DNA of 64,000 nucleotides from Octopus sinensis (GCF_006345805.1 NC_043005.1:58714001-58778000); one strand, 5' to 3'; numbered from the stretch's first letter, positions 38,395 through 51,029 are shown. Program-made: numbers and translations. Notes: generated by a model from the letters alone, not told the origin.

Positions 38395-39120
38395 AACTTG
38401 AGAGAAAAGTTGGGCATAGGGGCATCAAACGTGGTGTACAAGAGAGATGATTTTGCTAGTATGGTCATGCGATGCGTATGGATGAGGACAGTTGTGTAAA
38501 GAAGTGCTGATCTCTAACTGTGGAGAGAACCTGTGGTAGAAGTTGACCCAGTAAGATATGGGATGAGTTGATGAAGCATGATCTTCAAACTTTGGGCCTC
38601 ACAGAAGCAATGACTAGTGACCAAGACATTTGGTGATATGCTGTGCTTGAGAGGACCCATGAAGCCAAGTGAAATTGTAGTCATGCCTGATGCTGGTGCC
38701 ACCTAACTGGCACCCATGCCAGTGGAATGTAAAAAGCACCTTTCAAGCATTGGGCCTCAGGGAGACAGAGTGGCTGATGCCAGTGGCACGGGAAGAGCTC
38801 ATTTCAAGTGTTGGGCCTCACAGAAACAATCACAAACGACTGAGACGTTTGACATTATGTTGTGCTTCAGAAGAAGATCCATCAAGCCAAGTAAAATCAC
38901 AGGCATGGTAGATACTGGTGTCATGCAAATGGCACCCATGCTAGTGGCACATAAAAAACACCCATTACACTCTTGGAGTAGTTGGCACTAGGAAGGGCAC
39001 CCAGCCATAGAAACCATGCCAAATCAGACTGCTGTCTGGTGCAGCCTTCCAGCTTGCCAGCCCTGATTAAACATCCAACACATGCCAGCATGGACAACAG
39101 TTGTTAAATGATGATGATGA
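38395..39120 (+). mobile_element. RTE LINE 3' portion (ORF end, 3' UTR, (GAT)n tail)
   Basis: REKLGIRGIK..VQERR..YGHAMRMDEDSCVKKC....GR..PSKIWDE..KHDL.TLGLTE..T.D...W with stops, continuing into the common UTR repeat. Confidence 0.8.
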
Positions 39121-39350
39121 TATATAGTAATATGAATAGGTAAGATCCAAAGAATAAGGTGTAGGAAATTAGTAAGCTTCATGCAGTCCATAGAAGGTAT
39201 AAAAAAGAATTTTCAGGAACAATAGGGGTTTATCGCCATTGAAGGTTGTAAATTTTTCTCATATCAAGGTTCGACAAGTTGAAAAACGTTATTTTATAGT
39301 TCATGGTTAGCAACTGGGGTTGTTGTATATACAGATAAAAATAAAAAATT

Positions 39351-39572
39351 AGGGAATGGAGTACATAAAACCTAGGCTACATGTTTTCTCGCTAACAGAA
39401 TCTTGCAAGTAGCAATTGTCCAAACAAGGGGTACTCCGCTAGCTAGCGGAGTAGCTAGCAGAGCTAGATAGATGGGTAGCTAGTAGAGTACCTCTTATTT
39501 GGGTAATTACTACTTCTGAGGTTCTGCTAGCTAGGAAACATATGTAACCGGATTTTATCTACTCCATTCCCT
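39351..39572. repeat. 222-bp diverged fold-back with an internal perfect 22-bp palindrome
   Basis: agggaatggagta.ataaaa... pairs with ...ttttatctactccattccct over ~105-bp arms; tactccgctagctagcggagta near the centre. Confidence 0.8.
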
Positions 39573-39594
39573 ATATTTGGATTCTATCAATCAC

Positions 39595-39647
<53 letters not shown>

Positions 39648-39672
39648 ATATATATATATTTATATATATATA

Positions 39673-40065
39673 CTAGCAGTATCGCCCGGCGTTGCTCGGG
39701 TTTGTAAGGGAAATAACTATACAGCATTTTTAGAGAGTTATAGCCAAAAAATAGCAAAAAAATGCATTAAAAATGGAAAAAATATGATGGTAAATTTTTT
39801 TAAAAATCGTTCACTCATCGTAGACATTTTTAGAGAGTTACTTCCCTTTAAAAAATATGCATGAAAATGGAAAAAAATGATGGTAAATTATTTTTAAAAT
39901 CGTAGACTCATCGTAGACGCACGCTAATACCCAGAAGGGCTTGATATGAATCACGACTATAAGATACCCGGTTTTGGTTAAACTGCATCGCAAAATGTGG
40001 GAGTAGTTAGGAATCTAAATCGAAGGGGACAGACACTCACACAACTTCACTTTTATATATAAAGA
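39673..40065 (-). mobile_element. Non-autonomous Helitron
   Basis: Minus strand starts TC (tctttatatataaaagtg) and ends CTAG, with a GC hairpin cccgagcaacgccggg just upstream of CTAG; inserted between A and T within (TA)n; internal ~100-bp duplication. Confidence 0.82.
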
Positions 40066-40080
40066 TATATATATATATAA

Positions 40081-40149
<69 letters not shown>

Positions 40150-41220
40150 TACTTATAATTTTTTTAAAATTTCTTTTTCATTATAGCCACTTAATTAATT
40201 ACTGACATTGCACAAATTCTTTGATATCAAAGAAACATTAATTAAAATTAACTCATCAATATTTTGTTAATAAGTTACGATTATTAAAGTTTAGCAACGA
40301 TGCTTTTGCAAATACAAGAAAACCCCACTAATAATGCAATTTTCTTGGCTATTAACTTAACAATACTTTACACATGTCATATCTGCCAAAATTATGCTGT
40401 TGGTCGTCTAAATCATTCCAACCATGGCTACCTCATCCTTTTTCAGTCATATCTTGTACTGCATTATTCAATGTGTAGTTTTCTGCAGAATGTGATTTGA
40501 AGAGTGATTAGCAAATATGTGAAGATGATCCTTTTTTGTTGTTGCCTTATCCCAGTTCCATCCCTCCCCACTCACCCCTTCTGACCTAGCTGTCCTAGGG
40601 TCAAAATCCTATGGGGGGTTAAAAGAGAATCCTGTAAGACTAAAAGGTCAACACAACCCAAGGTCGCTGTTATTATGGTGTGATTGAGGACAAAGAACTA
40701 TAATATAAGGTGTTTGTCATGATATATCATCATCGTCATCATCATCATCATCATCATCATTATCATCATTGTCGTCATCATCATCATCATCATCATCATC
40801 ATTTTTTAACATCAGTTTACCATATTGGCATAGGCTGGACTGTTTGGCAGGGGGTGGTCAGTTGGAGAGCTGCTAGAGTCCATTTGACTGTCTTGTCATT
40901 GTTTCTACACCTGGAGGCCCTTCTTTGCACCAGCCACATTTATGATTATATTAACAACTCTTCACAGTTTTGGTTGTGTAACGAACACCCTGAAGTTAAT
41001 TACTATAGCTGGTTCCTCTTCTATTGGTTCTGTTTGAGGTAGGCTGAAACCTTCATTCACATACCACTCCATAGTGATATTTCTAGAACACTTTGTTTGA
41101 ATTATTACAGTGGTATAGATTTAGATGCAGATAGTTCTTCTTCACCTAAACTTTCCAGGTAGATAATATTACAAGGAGAAAACAGCAACAATGTGGACTG
41201 CAAGATTTAAATGCCATCAT

Positions 41221-41625
41221 AGGCCATGTGGCAAATAATAATTTCATAGGCCATGTGGAAAATAATAATTTCATAGGCCATGTGGCAAATAATAATTTCA
41301 TAGACCATGCAGCAAATAATAATTTCATAGGACATGTAGTAAATAATAATTTCATAGGCCATGCGGCAAATAATAATTTCATAGGCCATGCAGCAAATAA
41401 TAATTTCATACACCATGTGGCAAGTAATAATTTCATAAGCCATGTGGCAAATAATAATTTCATAGACCATGCGGCAAATAATAATTTCATAGGCCATGTG
41501 GCAAATAATAATTTCATAGGTCATGTGGCAAATAATAATTTCATAGGTCATGTGGCAAATAATAATTTCATAGACCATGTGGCAAATAATAATTTCATAG
41601 GCCATGCGGCAAATAATAAATTCAC
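41221..41625. repeat. Minisatellite, 15 x 27 bp (aggccatgtggcaaataataatttcat)
   Basis: Counted 15 units with exact 27-bp period and no indels; substitutions are concentrated in the first 12 nt of the unit. Confidence 0.95.
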
Positions 41626-41639
41626 ATGCTTTCAAATAT

Positions 41640-42070
41640 ATACAACAGCAATAACAACGAGCATTTTAAGTCCATTTTCCTGGACTTTTAAGTCCCTTTT
41701 GCTAACCCCATTACAGCCTTTTTTTTATTTTATCATACCTAGTACATTCTTTATCACCAATCCTCTTACTCTGATTCCATCCTCTATCATCTTTAACCAT
41801 ATCTTCCTCTTCCTCTACTTCTACATTTATTTCCATTACTTCTCTCATCCAGTCACTTTCATCCTTCCTAAGCATATGACTCAACCACTTCCTCCCAATT
41901 CTCTTCATAACATCCATCACTTGCTCTAGTCTCACCATCCACAACAATCCATTGTTTTCCCTTTTCTGTCTCTGCAATAGTCTACTCATCCACCAAACCG
42001 TACTCATTTCTATTTTTTCCAGCCTTATCTGCCACTTTATCTTCCTTCATTGCCCACGTCTCACTCACTA
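41640..42070 (-). mobile_element. Degenerate RTE LINE C-terminal fragment
   Basis: ..LEQVMDVMKRIGRKWLSHMLRKDESDWMREVMEINVE.. resembles RTE W.GHV.R......VM..VEG. Confidence 0.55.
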
Positions 42071-43832
42071 ATCATAGCCCATCATATACATACAAAGAGC
42101 ATAAACCTTTTCCATCCAATAAAAAAAAATGACTAAAACATGGAAATTGTAGACTATAAATTCTCAAAGGGAAATTAATAACTTCAAAACTGAAGCTCAG
42201 ACTCAAGATATTCTGTGAAAAACTTTATTATCAGTAAATGGAAAAATACTTCAATGAAGCAGCTTTAACCAAAAGTTTGCTTTTAATCACAGACCATGTG
42301 GAGGAGAATATGAAAAAAAAAAAAAAAACTATATCTTAGTAAAAAGAGCCCTTTCTCAGGAAGATCTTCAATTGCTTTCATCTAAGATCTGGAATGTAAA
42401 GAAAAAATATCCATTGATAAGACTGCATCAGGGTTAGATATAATCAAAAAAGAATACTGTACCAACTTTGACAGAAAAACTGATATAATCAACTTTAAAA
42501 CTTTCACTAAAGCTATAGGGAAGTTGCATAGTCATAAGACACCATGAAGATGCTAGTTATTGGATACTAGCACAAGATGTTGACACTCTACAGAAAGCCA
42601 TTGATATGTATATTTAAAAGAATTATGAAAGGTAAGATATACCAAATTGATATATCAGTTTTGCTTACTACAGCCAAGAACAGATACACAGACTTGGCAG
42701 CAAACTATAAATCCATTGCTTGTCCTTTTATTACATATAGACTAAAAGGCAGTGAGCTCACAGTATCATTAGCACGCTGGTCAAAATACTTAGCGGCATC
42801 TACATTCTGAGTTCAAATTCCACTGAGGTTGACTTTGCTTTTCACCATTTCTGGGTTGATAAAATAATTAACAGCTAAGTTAAGTTAAGTTAAGTTAATT
42901 TTTGGCTCAAAAAGCAAAAAGCAAGGCCATGTAGGGGGATATGGAGTTATGTACAGGGAGGGTATTCATGCAAAGAGTTCAGGCCATTTCTGGTCAAGAG
43001 TGACTTTGAACCGAGCTAAGCACTGAGGTGGATGTAATCTACATATCTGATCCCTGAAATTACTGGCCTTGTGCCAATTTTGAAATTTTGAAATAATTAT
43101 TATTTCTATTATTATTACTAGCAGGACCCATGAATAGTTCATGGAATTAATGGTATACATAGTGGATTATTTCTGAAAACTTTATCCAGAGAACCTGAAA
43201 GCATAGCCTGTGTTGTGTCTGTATGGAGAAATAGTCAACCATTTGTTATTTATTGAAAATTGAAGGAAATTAAAATATTATGATTACTTAATGCACTTTA
43301 TATACACACTTTATATACGTTATGCAGAATTTCATAGACTTAATACGCAGCAGTCATAAAATAAATATTCACGTGAATTTTACCATTTTCCCCATAAGCA
43401 AAATAAAAATATTCCTTTCATATGAAACAACTTTTAGTTAAATTGCATATATCTGCCATGTAAATAAGTGTGATTATTTCAGAGAGTTACACTTATGTGC
43501 ATGCATTAAGTGACAGGTGATATAAAAATCTTACTTCAATTAAAAAGAACACATTTTCACGATCCAATCAGCACCACCATCATTTCTCTCTTCTCCTCTC
43601 TCTCCTCTCTATCTCCTCCCTCTTCTCCTCTCTCTCTCCCTCTCCCCTCTCTGTCTGCCTTTCTTTAACCTCACAATCAGAACATCACCCCTCTGCTAAA
43701 TTTATTATGTTTCCCATACCTCACGTCATGGACACTTCTCTCTTCATCTTCATCTTTTTCTTTATCTCTTTTTTTCTTTTTCCCTCTTTGTGTCTCAGTC
43801 TTCACCTTATCCTCTTTTTCTCTCTCTCTCTC

Positions 43833-45720
43833 ACTGGTATTGTAACCGCCATGAGATGCCACATTTTCTCAATTTCAATGAGTAGGTCTTTATATTTTCT
43901 GAGCTTGTCAAACTCTTTCGCTGAGATATGATGATCACAGGGGATGCTCATGTCGATCAATAAGTAAACTTTATTGTTTTGGTCTTTCACAACAATATCT
44001 GGTTTATTGGCCTTGATGGTTCGGTCTGTATGTACTGGAAAGTCCCACAGAATGGTTACATTTTCTCCTTCAGTTACAGCCTCAGGGTGGTGATTATACC
44101 ACTTGTCGGCAGTTTTGATATTGTAATGCCGACTTATTAGCCAGTGGAGATATTGGCCAACTCTGTCATGTCTTAATTTATACTCCACTGGTGCTAAGAC
44201 TTTACATCCAGAGATTAGGTGGTCCACTGTTTCAATCATGTCGTTACAGAATCGGCATTTTGGGTCTGCTCCATTTTTCATCACATTGGCCTGGTAGTTC
44301 CGGGTTAATAGGCTTTGATCTTGAGCAGCCAGGATGAAACCTTCGCTCTCTGCTTTTAGCCCTGAGCTCCGTAGCCACTGATGGGTTTGCTTCTGGTCAA
44401 CATCAGCTTGTTTGCTGCGGGTCACATATTTGCCGTGCAGAGGTTTCTCCTCCCACCTATCAGCCAATTGCTTGTGCGCTTTCTTCATTGCCATCATTTT
44501 CACCTTCTTTGCAACGATAGTTGCCGTACTTCCCTCGGGTTGTTCAGTTTGGGTATCCTGCACGAGATCAATAGCAAATTTTTTGCTTTCCTTTATGATA
44601 GAATGAAGCTTCTTTCGCCTCTCGTGATTTTCCACGAGCTTTAGCATCCAGTCATTCGATATTTCGAGATATTTGGCCAGTCCAATTGTGGTTGTTTTGT
44701 AAGCTAGTTCAAATTGGATCAGGCCTCGACCTCCTTGGGCTCTGGGAAGGTAAAGGCGATCTACGTCTGCCTTTGGGTGGTGCATCCTATTACAACTCAG
44801 CAGCTTGCGTATTTTTCTATCTATATTCTTTACTTCACTCATATTCCAGTTCAACACATTGTAGCTATAAGTAACAACTGGAACTGCTAAGGAATTTATA
44901 GCTAACACCTTGTTACGTGCATTTAGTTCAGATTTCAGGACTGCACGAACTCTCCTATAACATTCCTTCCTGATTTTCTCTTTCATGCTTGCATGCTGAA
45001 TACCAGAGCCTTCATTTATCCCTAAATATTTGTATGTTTGTTCTTGCTCAAGCTCTCTTATGACTGTGTCAACATCTAACATGACTGAATTTGTGGTCTT
45101 CACTTTCCCTTTCTGGAAAGTGGCCTTGGCACACTTCTCAAGTCCAAACTCCATCCCGATGTCATCGCTGAATGCTTTCACGGTGCGCAATAGGCCTTCA
45201 AGTTCATTATTGTCTTTACCATAAAGTTTTAAGTCATCCATATAAAATAGATGGCTTATTTTTTTATTGGCAATTTTATACCCATACCCTGTTCTGTTTA
45301 ATTCACTTGTAAGGGGTATTAGGGCTATGCAGAATATTAAAGGTGAAAGTGAGTCACCTTGAAAAATTCCACAGTTGATGTTTATATTTTCTGAGGCAAG
45401 TACTCCATTAGAGTGGTATAATTGGAGATTCGTATTCCACAACGACATATTGTGCTTCAGGAAGTTTGAGATCACAGGGGAAATTTTGAAGATGTCCAGC
45501 GATCTCAAGATCCATGGATGCGGTATACTGTCGAAGGCCTTTTTGTAGTCAATCCATGCGGTGCTGAGATTTCTGCGCTTGTTGTGACAGTTCTCAAAGA
45601 TCATACGATTGATTAGCAGTTGATCTTTGCATCCGTAAGAGCCTCGGCAGCACCCTTTTTGTTCAATTTGGAAAATATCGTTCTTCTCCATGAATGCATA
45701 TGTTTTCTCCACCAGGATAG
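43833..45720 (-). mobile_element. R4/Dong-clade non-LTR retrotransposon with an uninterrupted RT-CCHC-RLE frame, truncated at both ends
   Basis: ORF 43802-45712: WIDYKKAFDS, GIFQGDSLSPLIF, HLFYMDDLKLY, CRFC..VDHLISGC, KPDIVV..LIDMSIPCD..KEFDKLRKYKDL. The 5' junction abuts (TAA)n at 45726-45850; the 3' end stops at IPV against a (GA)n tract. Confidence 0.95.
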
Positions 45721-45820
45721 ATGTTAGGATTTTATATTATTATTATTATTATTATATTATTATTATTATTATTATATTATTATTATTATTATTATTTTAT
45801 TATTATTATTATTATTATTA

Positions 45821-45865
<45 letters not shown>

Positions 45866-46336
45866 TTTCAAGATGGCAGAATTGTTAGCACACCAGGTGA
45901 AGTGCTTAGTAGTGTTTTGTCTGCCTTTACATTCTGAGTTCAAATTCTGCTGAGGTTGACTTTGCCTCTCATCATTTCGGGATCAGAAGATTAAGCACCA
46001 GTGATACACTTGGATCAATGTAATCGACTAGTCCTTTTCCCACCCAAATTGAAAGCCTTATGCCTTTAGTAGAAAGGATTACGAATACTGATTTTTAGGG
46101 CAGTGAGCTGGCAGAATCATTAGCATGACGGGCAGAATGGTTAGCAGCATTTCGTCTATCTTTACATTCCGAGTTCAAGTTCTGCTGAACTCGACTTTGC
46201 CTTTCATTCTTCTCTGGGTTGATAAATTAAGTACCAGTGAAACACTGGGGTCGATGTAATCGACTAATCCCCTCCCCCCAAATTTTAAGCCTTGTGCTTT
46301 TAGCAGAAAGGATTATATTCATTATTATTATTATTA

Positions 46337-46889
46337 TTGAGTGAGAGAGCAGTGCATGCCATCAAAGTGACACTGGGGTAAAATATACAAAGCCCAGTAT
46401 ACCCATCATGACTACCCGTCTGATAAGGGTACACCAGGCACATGCATCACAACCATATGTGCGTGACACGGTGATCCCATATCAAGATAAACAGCACATG
46501 ACCTTGCAGGTGGGGCCCAGTTAGAATTTTCTTTTGGTTGAGTAACCCATCCTACTCAAAAGGTCCTTGAATAAGGGTTGTGTAAGGATGTTGAACCCAT
46601 GTTTCCAGAGGTGAATTATTCAAACTCCAAAGAATCCCTCTCAACACATGGCTATGATGCTCCCTCACTGCTTCTGCTCATGATCAGAGATGCACTTATT
46701 GTCAGCCACTAAGGGACATGGTCAAATGGTTAAGGTCAAACAACTGACAAGCAAATCTGTGGTATTGAGCAGAATATTTGCTGTAGCCCATCTTTTATAC
46801 CAAGACAAAACAATGTACATGATAACACTTCCAATCAGTTAAGATCAGAAGCCATGAGAGCCACTGCCTGGTACTGCATCAGGGCATTT
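46337..46889 (-). mobile_element. Unclassified ~550-bp non-coding interspersed element embedded in (TAA)n
   Basis: Flanked on both sides by TAA tracts; its terminal 25 nt recur alone (24/25) inside another TAA tract at 12271-12295. Confidence 0.55.
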
Positions 46890-47209
46890 ATTATTATCAT
46901 TATTATTATTATTATTGTTAGTAGTAGTAGTAGTAGTAGTAGTAGTATGAGTAGTATTAGTATGAGTAGGAGTAGACAAAGAACACAAAACTCCACCCAA
47001 CAAAGAAACACTAATGATATTGCACATACTCTAATGTGCACAATGCACAAAAGACTAAAATAACACCAGAAACAGAACGGTTAACCAAATCCTGAAGACA
47101 AATCGAAGCTAATGCAGTTTAATGATACAATTCTACATCCCCAGATATCAACATTATGCACACCGCAGGAACACGAGAGAGAACTTGGTCATAAAACTGT
47201 TGAAAAGGT

Positions 47210-47245
<36 letters not shown>

Positions 47246-47707
47246 AATAATAATAATGATAGCAACAATAATTAGGTAATTATGATAATAATCAGGATGA
47301 TACTGCAGGAAAATAAAATAATTCCGTTTCCTGTTGATATTGATAGCAATGTACCTGAAGTGTGGGTTTAATGGCTTTTCTAAAATATAGAAATGCAGTT
47401 TTGGCCTGTATAAAGTATGGATGGGAGTAACAGAGATTGGAGACGAGATATGGAAAGAGGGAGACAAAGAGTTATATGAGAGGTGGAGAAGGAGAGAGGG
47501 ATGGAGGGAGAGAGAAATGAGAAATTGAGAGTGCAAAAAGTGAATGAATGAAATGGCATTAATAATAGTGTGGTACGAATGTAGACGAAATGTTTACGAT
47601 GTTTTGGGATGCTACATCAGCTGCCTGTTGGAAGCTGAAATAATGATATAGATGCTTCTCAAAAGACTCTGTACTATCCAAATAAAGTGAATTCAACACT
47701 AAATTAA

Positions 47708-47917
47708 CCCTTTCATTACTGTATTTATTTCTGTTTCTTTCAATTAGTTTTAAATATAAAAAGAATTTAGTAAAATAACTTAATTATCATTGAGCTAGTG
47801 TTAGGAACATAAATTGTGACTAAGGTTTGGTGGAAGATTTTAATTCAAAACTTATGAAAACTAGACATTTGTACTACAGAGCCATAGGTGGTTTCAGCCA
47901 GGTTGGTATCAAAAGGG
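47708..47917 (+). mobile_element. piggyBac-like MITE, family A
   Basis: TTAA|ccctttcattac...ggtatcaaaaggg|TTAA; second copy at 52192-52411. Confidence 0.85.
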
Positions 47918-48043
47918 TTAAAGTATTTTATACTTATATATATATAGTTAATCCAAACAAGAAAACACAAAAAAAAACACAACGCGAGGACGTGGAACAA
48001 CTAAAGTATTATTGGACGCTCAGGAAAGAAGGGAAGAAGGAGG

Positions 48044-48078
48044 GTTTAACGTTTCGAGCGGAGCTCTTCGTCGGAAAC
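48044..48078 (-). ncRNA. Minimal type I hammerhead motif (U4 to C variant)
   Basis: gttt CCGACGA a gagc-tcc-gctc GAAA C GTT aaac: stem I 4 bp, stem II 4 bp, palindromic ACGU stem III. Confidence 0.7.
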
Positions 48079-48909
48079 ATAGGAGAAGGAAAGATCCCGA
48101 GAAGGGAAGACAGAGGAAAAAAATCGCCAGCGGTACTCACGAGGTCACATATTGAAAGAGATGGAGAAGAAGAGAGGGAGGGAGAAAGATAAATGAGAGA
48201 TTGAGAGTGCAAAAAGGGAATGAATGAAATGGCATTAATAATAGTGTCATCATCATTTAATGCCTGTTGCCCAAGCTGGTATGGGTCGGACGGTTTGACC
48301 AAGGCTGGTAAGCAGGAAGGCTTCACCAGACTCCAGTCTGAATTGGCATGGTTTTTGTACAGTTCGATGCCCTTCCTAGCACCAACTACTCCAATATTGA
48401 ATGGATGTGTAGACACATATGAATGTTTATGTAAGCATATATGCATGTATGTGTAGTACAGCTGTGGGGTTGAGAAGATTGCTTCTCAACCACGTGATTT
48501 TGAGTTCGCTCTCAATATGTGGCACTTATGAGTGAATTTGGTAGATGGTAACTGAAAGCAGTCCATTGTGTGTGCGTGTGTGTGTATGTGTGTGCATATG
48601 TGTGTGTGTGTGTGTGTCGTTGGTGTTAGGAGGGGCATCCTGCCATAAATACCATATCAAAATGGACACGGATGCATGGTGCAGGCTTCTGCCGGCCAGC
48701 ACCTGTCAGACAATCCAACCCATGCCAGAATGGAAGGAGAAGATTAAACAATGATAATGATGATGATGATGACATATGTGTGTGTACACACACACACATA
48801 TATAGCTAATGCAAAAAAGAACAAAGAAAAAACAGCAAAAAAAAAAAGCAATGAGAGGACATGGTACATGCAAAGTATTAGCAGATGCTCAGGGAAGGAA
48901 AGAAAGCTG

Positions 48910-48945
48910 GTTTAATGTTTCAAGCAGACACTCTTCTTCAGAAAC
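48910..48945 (-). ncRNA. Minimal type I hammerhead motif (core intact, stem III C.A mismatch)
   Basis: gttt CTGAAGA a gagt-gtct-gctt GAAA C ATT aaac; paralogue of 48044-48078. Confidence 0.65.
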
Positions 48946-49849
48946 AGGAGACAGAGGAAAGTCCAAGAGAAAAGGAAGACAGAGGAATAAATTGCCAATA
49001 ATCCACATGTAGTTACATTTTTTTGAAATATATAAATATTTCATTTTTGTATTTGATTTGCAAGATTCTTTATATGAATTCGTGTGTTGAAGCATATTTT
49101 ATTGTGTCTGGGGAGAATCATTCTCTTTTAGTGCCTTATTACTTAACACACTCACCGGTTTGATTTCCACTCATTTACTTATTTATTGTTTCTAAAATTT
49201 CTGTTGTATCTTGCAACCTTTTCACTAGCTGTTGAGTCAATGATTATTGAAAAGTTTGCAAGATGCAATGAAAATTTTAAGCTTGCTTACTAACTACATG
49301 GTCCTGGGTTCAGTCCCACTGTGTGACACCTTGGGCAAGTGTCTTCTACTATAGCCTCAGGCTGACCAAAGCCTTGTGAGTGTATATATATATATATATA
49401 TATATAAACATATATATGTGTGTGTGTGTGTTTATGTATTTGATTTTGTACATCCACCATCACTTGATAATGAATGTTGGTGTGTTTATGTCCCCGTAAC
49501 ATAGCAGTTTGGCAAAAGAGATGTATAGAATAAATACTAGGTTTACAAAGAATAAGTCCTGGGGTCGATTTGTTTGACAAAAGCTGATGCTCCAGCATGG
49601 CCACAGTCAAATGACTGAAACAAATAAAAAAATAAAAGTAAACAAGTGGAAATCAAATTGGTGAGTGTGTTAAATAATAAGGCATTAAAAGAGAATGACT
49701 CTCCCCAGACACAATAATATATACATATATACATACATACACACACATATATATATATATATATTTATTTTTATATACATATATATGTATATATTTATAT
49801 ACATATATAAATATATATATATATGTATATGTATATATGTATATCATCA

Positions 49850-50943
49850 TCATCATCATCATCATCATCATTTAACGTCCGTTTTCCGCGCTAGCACGGT
49901 TTGGACGGTTCGACTGGGGTCTGGGAAGCCAGGAGGCTGTGCCAGGCTCCAGTCTGATCTGGCAGAGTTTCTACAGCTGGATGCCCTTCCTAACACCAAC
50001 CATTCCGCGAGTGTAGTGGGTGCTTTTTACGTGCCACCTGCACAGGTGCAAGCGGGGTCCGGCATCTTCCACGATCGGTTGGTGCTTTTAACGTGCCCTT
50101 TGATTCTAACCCTTGCTTCAACACCCGAAATTTCTTTTCTAGTTCCAGTAGTGATTCTGCTATGAGAGCCAGGTCATCAGCATAGAGGAGCTCCCAGGGG
50201 CATCCTGTTTTGAATTCCTCTGTTATTGCTTGGAGGACTATGATGAATAAAAGGGGACTGAGGGCTGAGCCTTGGTGTACACCTACTTCGACCCGGAATT
50301 CTTCACTCTATTCGTTGCCAATCCTAACCTTGCTGACAGCCTCTCTGTATAGGGCCTGTACAGCCCTTATTAGCCATTCGTCAATCTCCAGTTTCCACAT
50401 CGACCACCAGATAAGGGATCGGGGAACCCTGTCAAAGGCTTTCTCCAAGTCCACAAAAGCTATGTAGAGGGGTTTATTTTTAGCTAGGTACTTCTGCTGT
50501 TGTCGGACCAGGAATATAGCATCAGTAGTGCTTCTACCCGGCACAAAACCGAACTGCATATCATCTAAGCAAATTCTCTCCCTAATGAGATGAGTTATGA
50601 CCCTCTCTGTGACCTTCATCACCTGATCCAACAGTTTAATACCCCTGTAGTTATTTCTATCTAGAGCATCACCCTTACCCTTGTAGCAGTTGACTATGGT
50701 GCTGCTACGCCAGTCATTGGGTATGACTCCATTATGAACTACCTGGTTTACAATGCAGGTGACTAGGCCATAGCCCACATAGCCAGCTGTTTTAAGCATC
50801 TCAGCAGTGATTCCTGATGGGCCGGGGGCTTTACCTGGTTTCATATCCTTAATTGCCTTAACTATAAGGGAGCTGTCTATTCGGATAGCTGGTCCCTCTA
50901 CTGGGTCAACATTTGGCAGGCTCTCCTCCTCCCATTCATTCTC

Positions 50944-50944
<1 letters not shown>
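49850..50944 (-). mobile_element. RTE LINE derivative: RT domain fragment joined directly to 3' UTR and (GAT)n tail
   Basis: KAPGPSGITAEMLK, NYRGIKLL, QFGFVPGRSTTDAIF, AFVDLEKAFDRVPR, VGVHQGSALSPLLF, ELLYADDLAL; coding homology ends at ~50096, where the UTR begins. Confidence 0.92.

Positions 50945-51029
<85 letters not shown>

Larger units (their letters stand above)
46960..49730 (-). mobile_element. Cluster of Penelope-like remnants with two hammerhead-bearing pseudo-LTRs, interrupted by SINE, MITE and RTE inserts
   Basis: Direct repeats 47985-48130 / 48815-48990 and 47470-47570 / 48170-48245; inverted copy 49095-49190 vs 49635-49725 (PLE-type inverted tail); hammerheads at 48044-48078 and 48910-48945. 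Confidence 0.55.

Noticed and set aside
41146-41929. Repeat-protein ORFs and a possible CRISPR-like array
   Set aside because: Contiguous 27-bp tandem units with no unique spacers, in a eukaryotic context with no cas genes; ORFs lack splice or start support.
43802-43832. C-terminal REREKKRIR of the 636-aa ORF
   Set aside because: Read-through into flanking (GA)n sequence, not part of the element.
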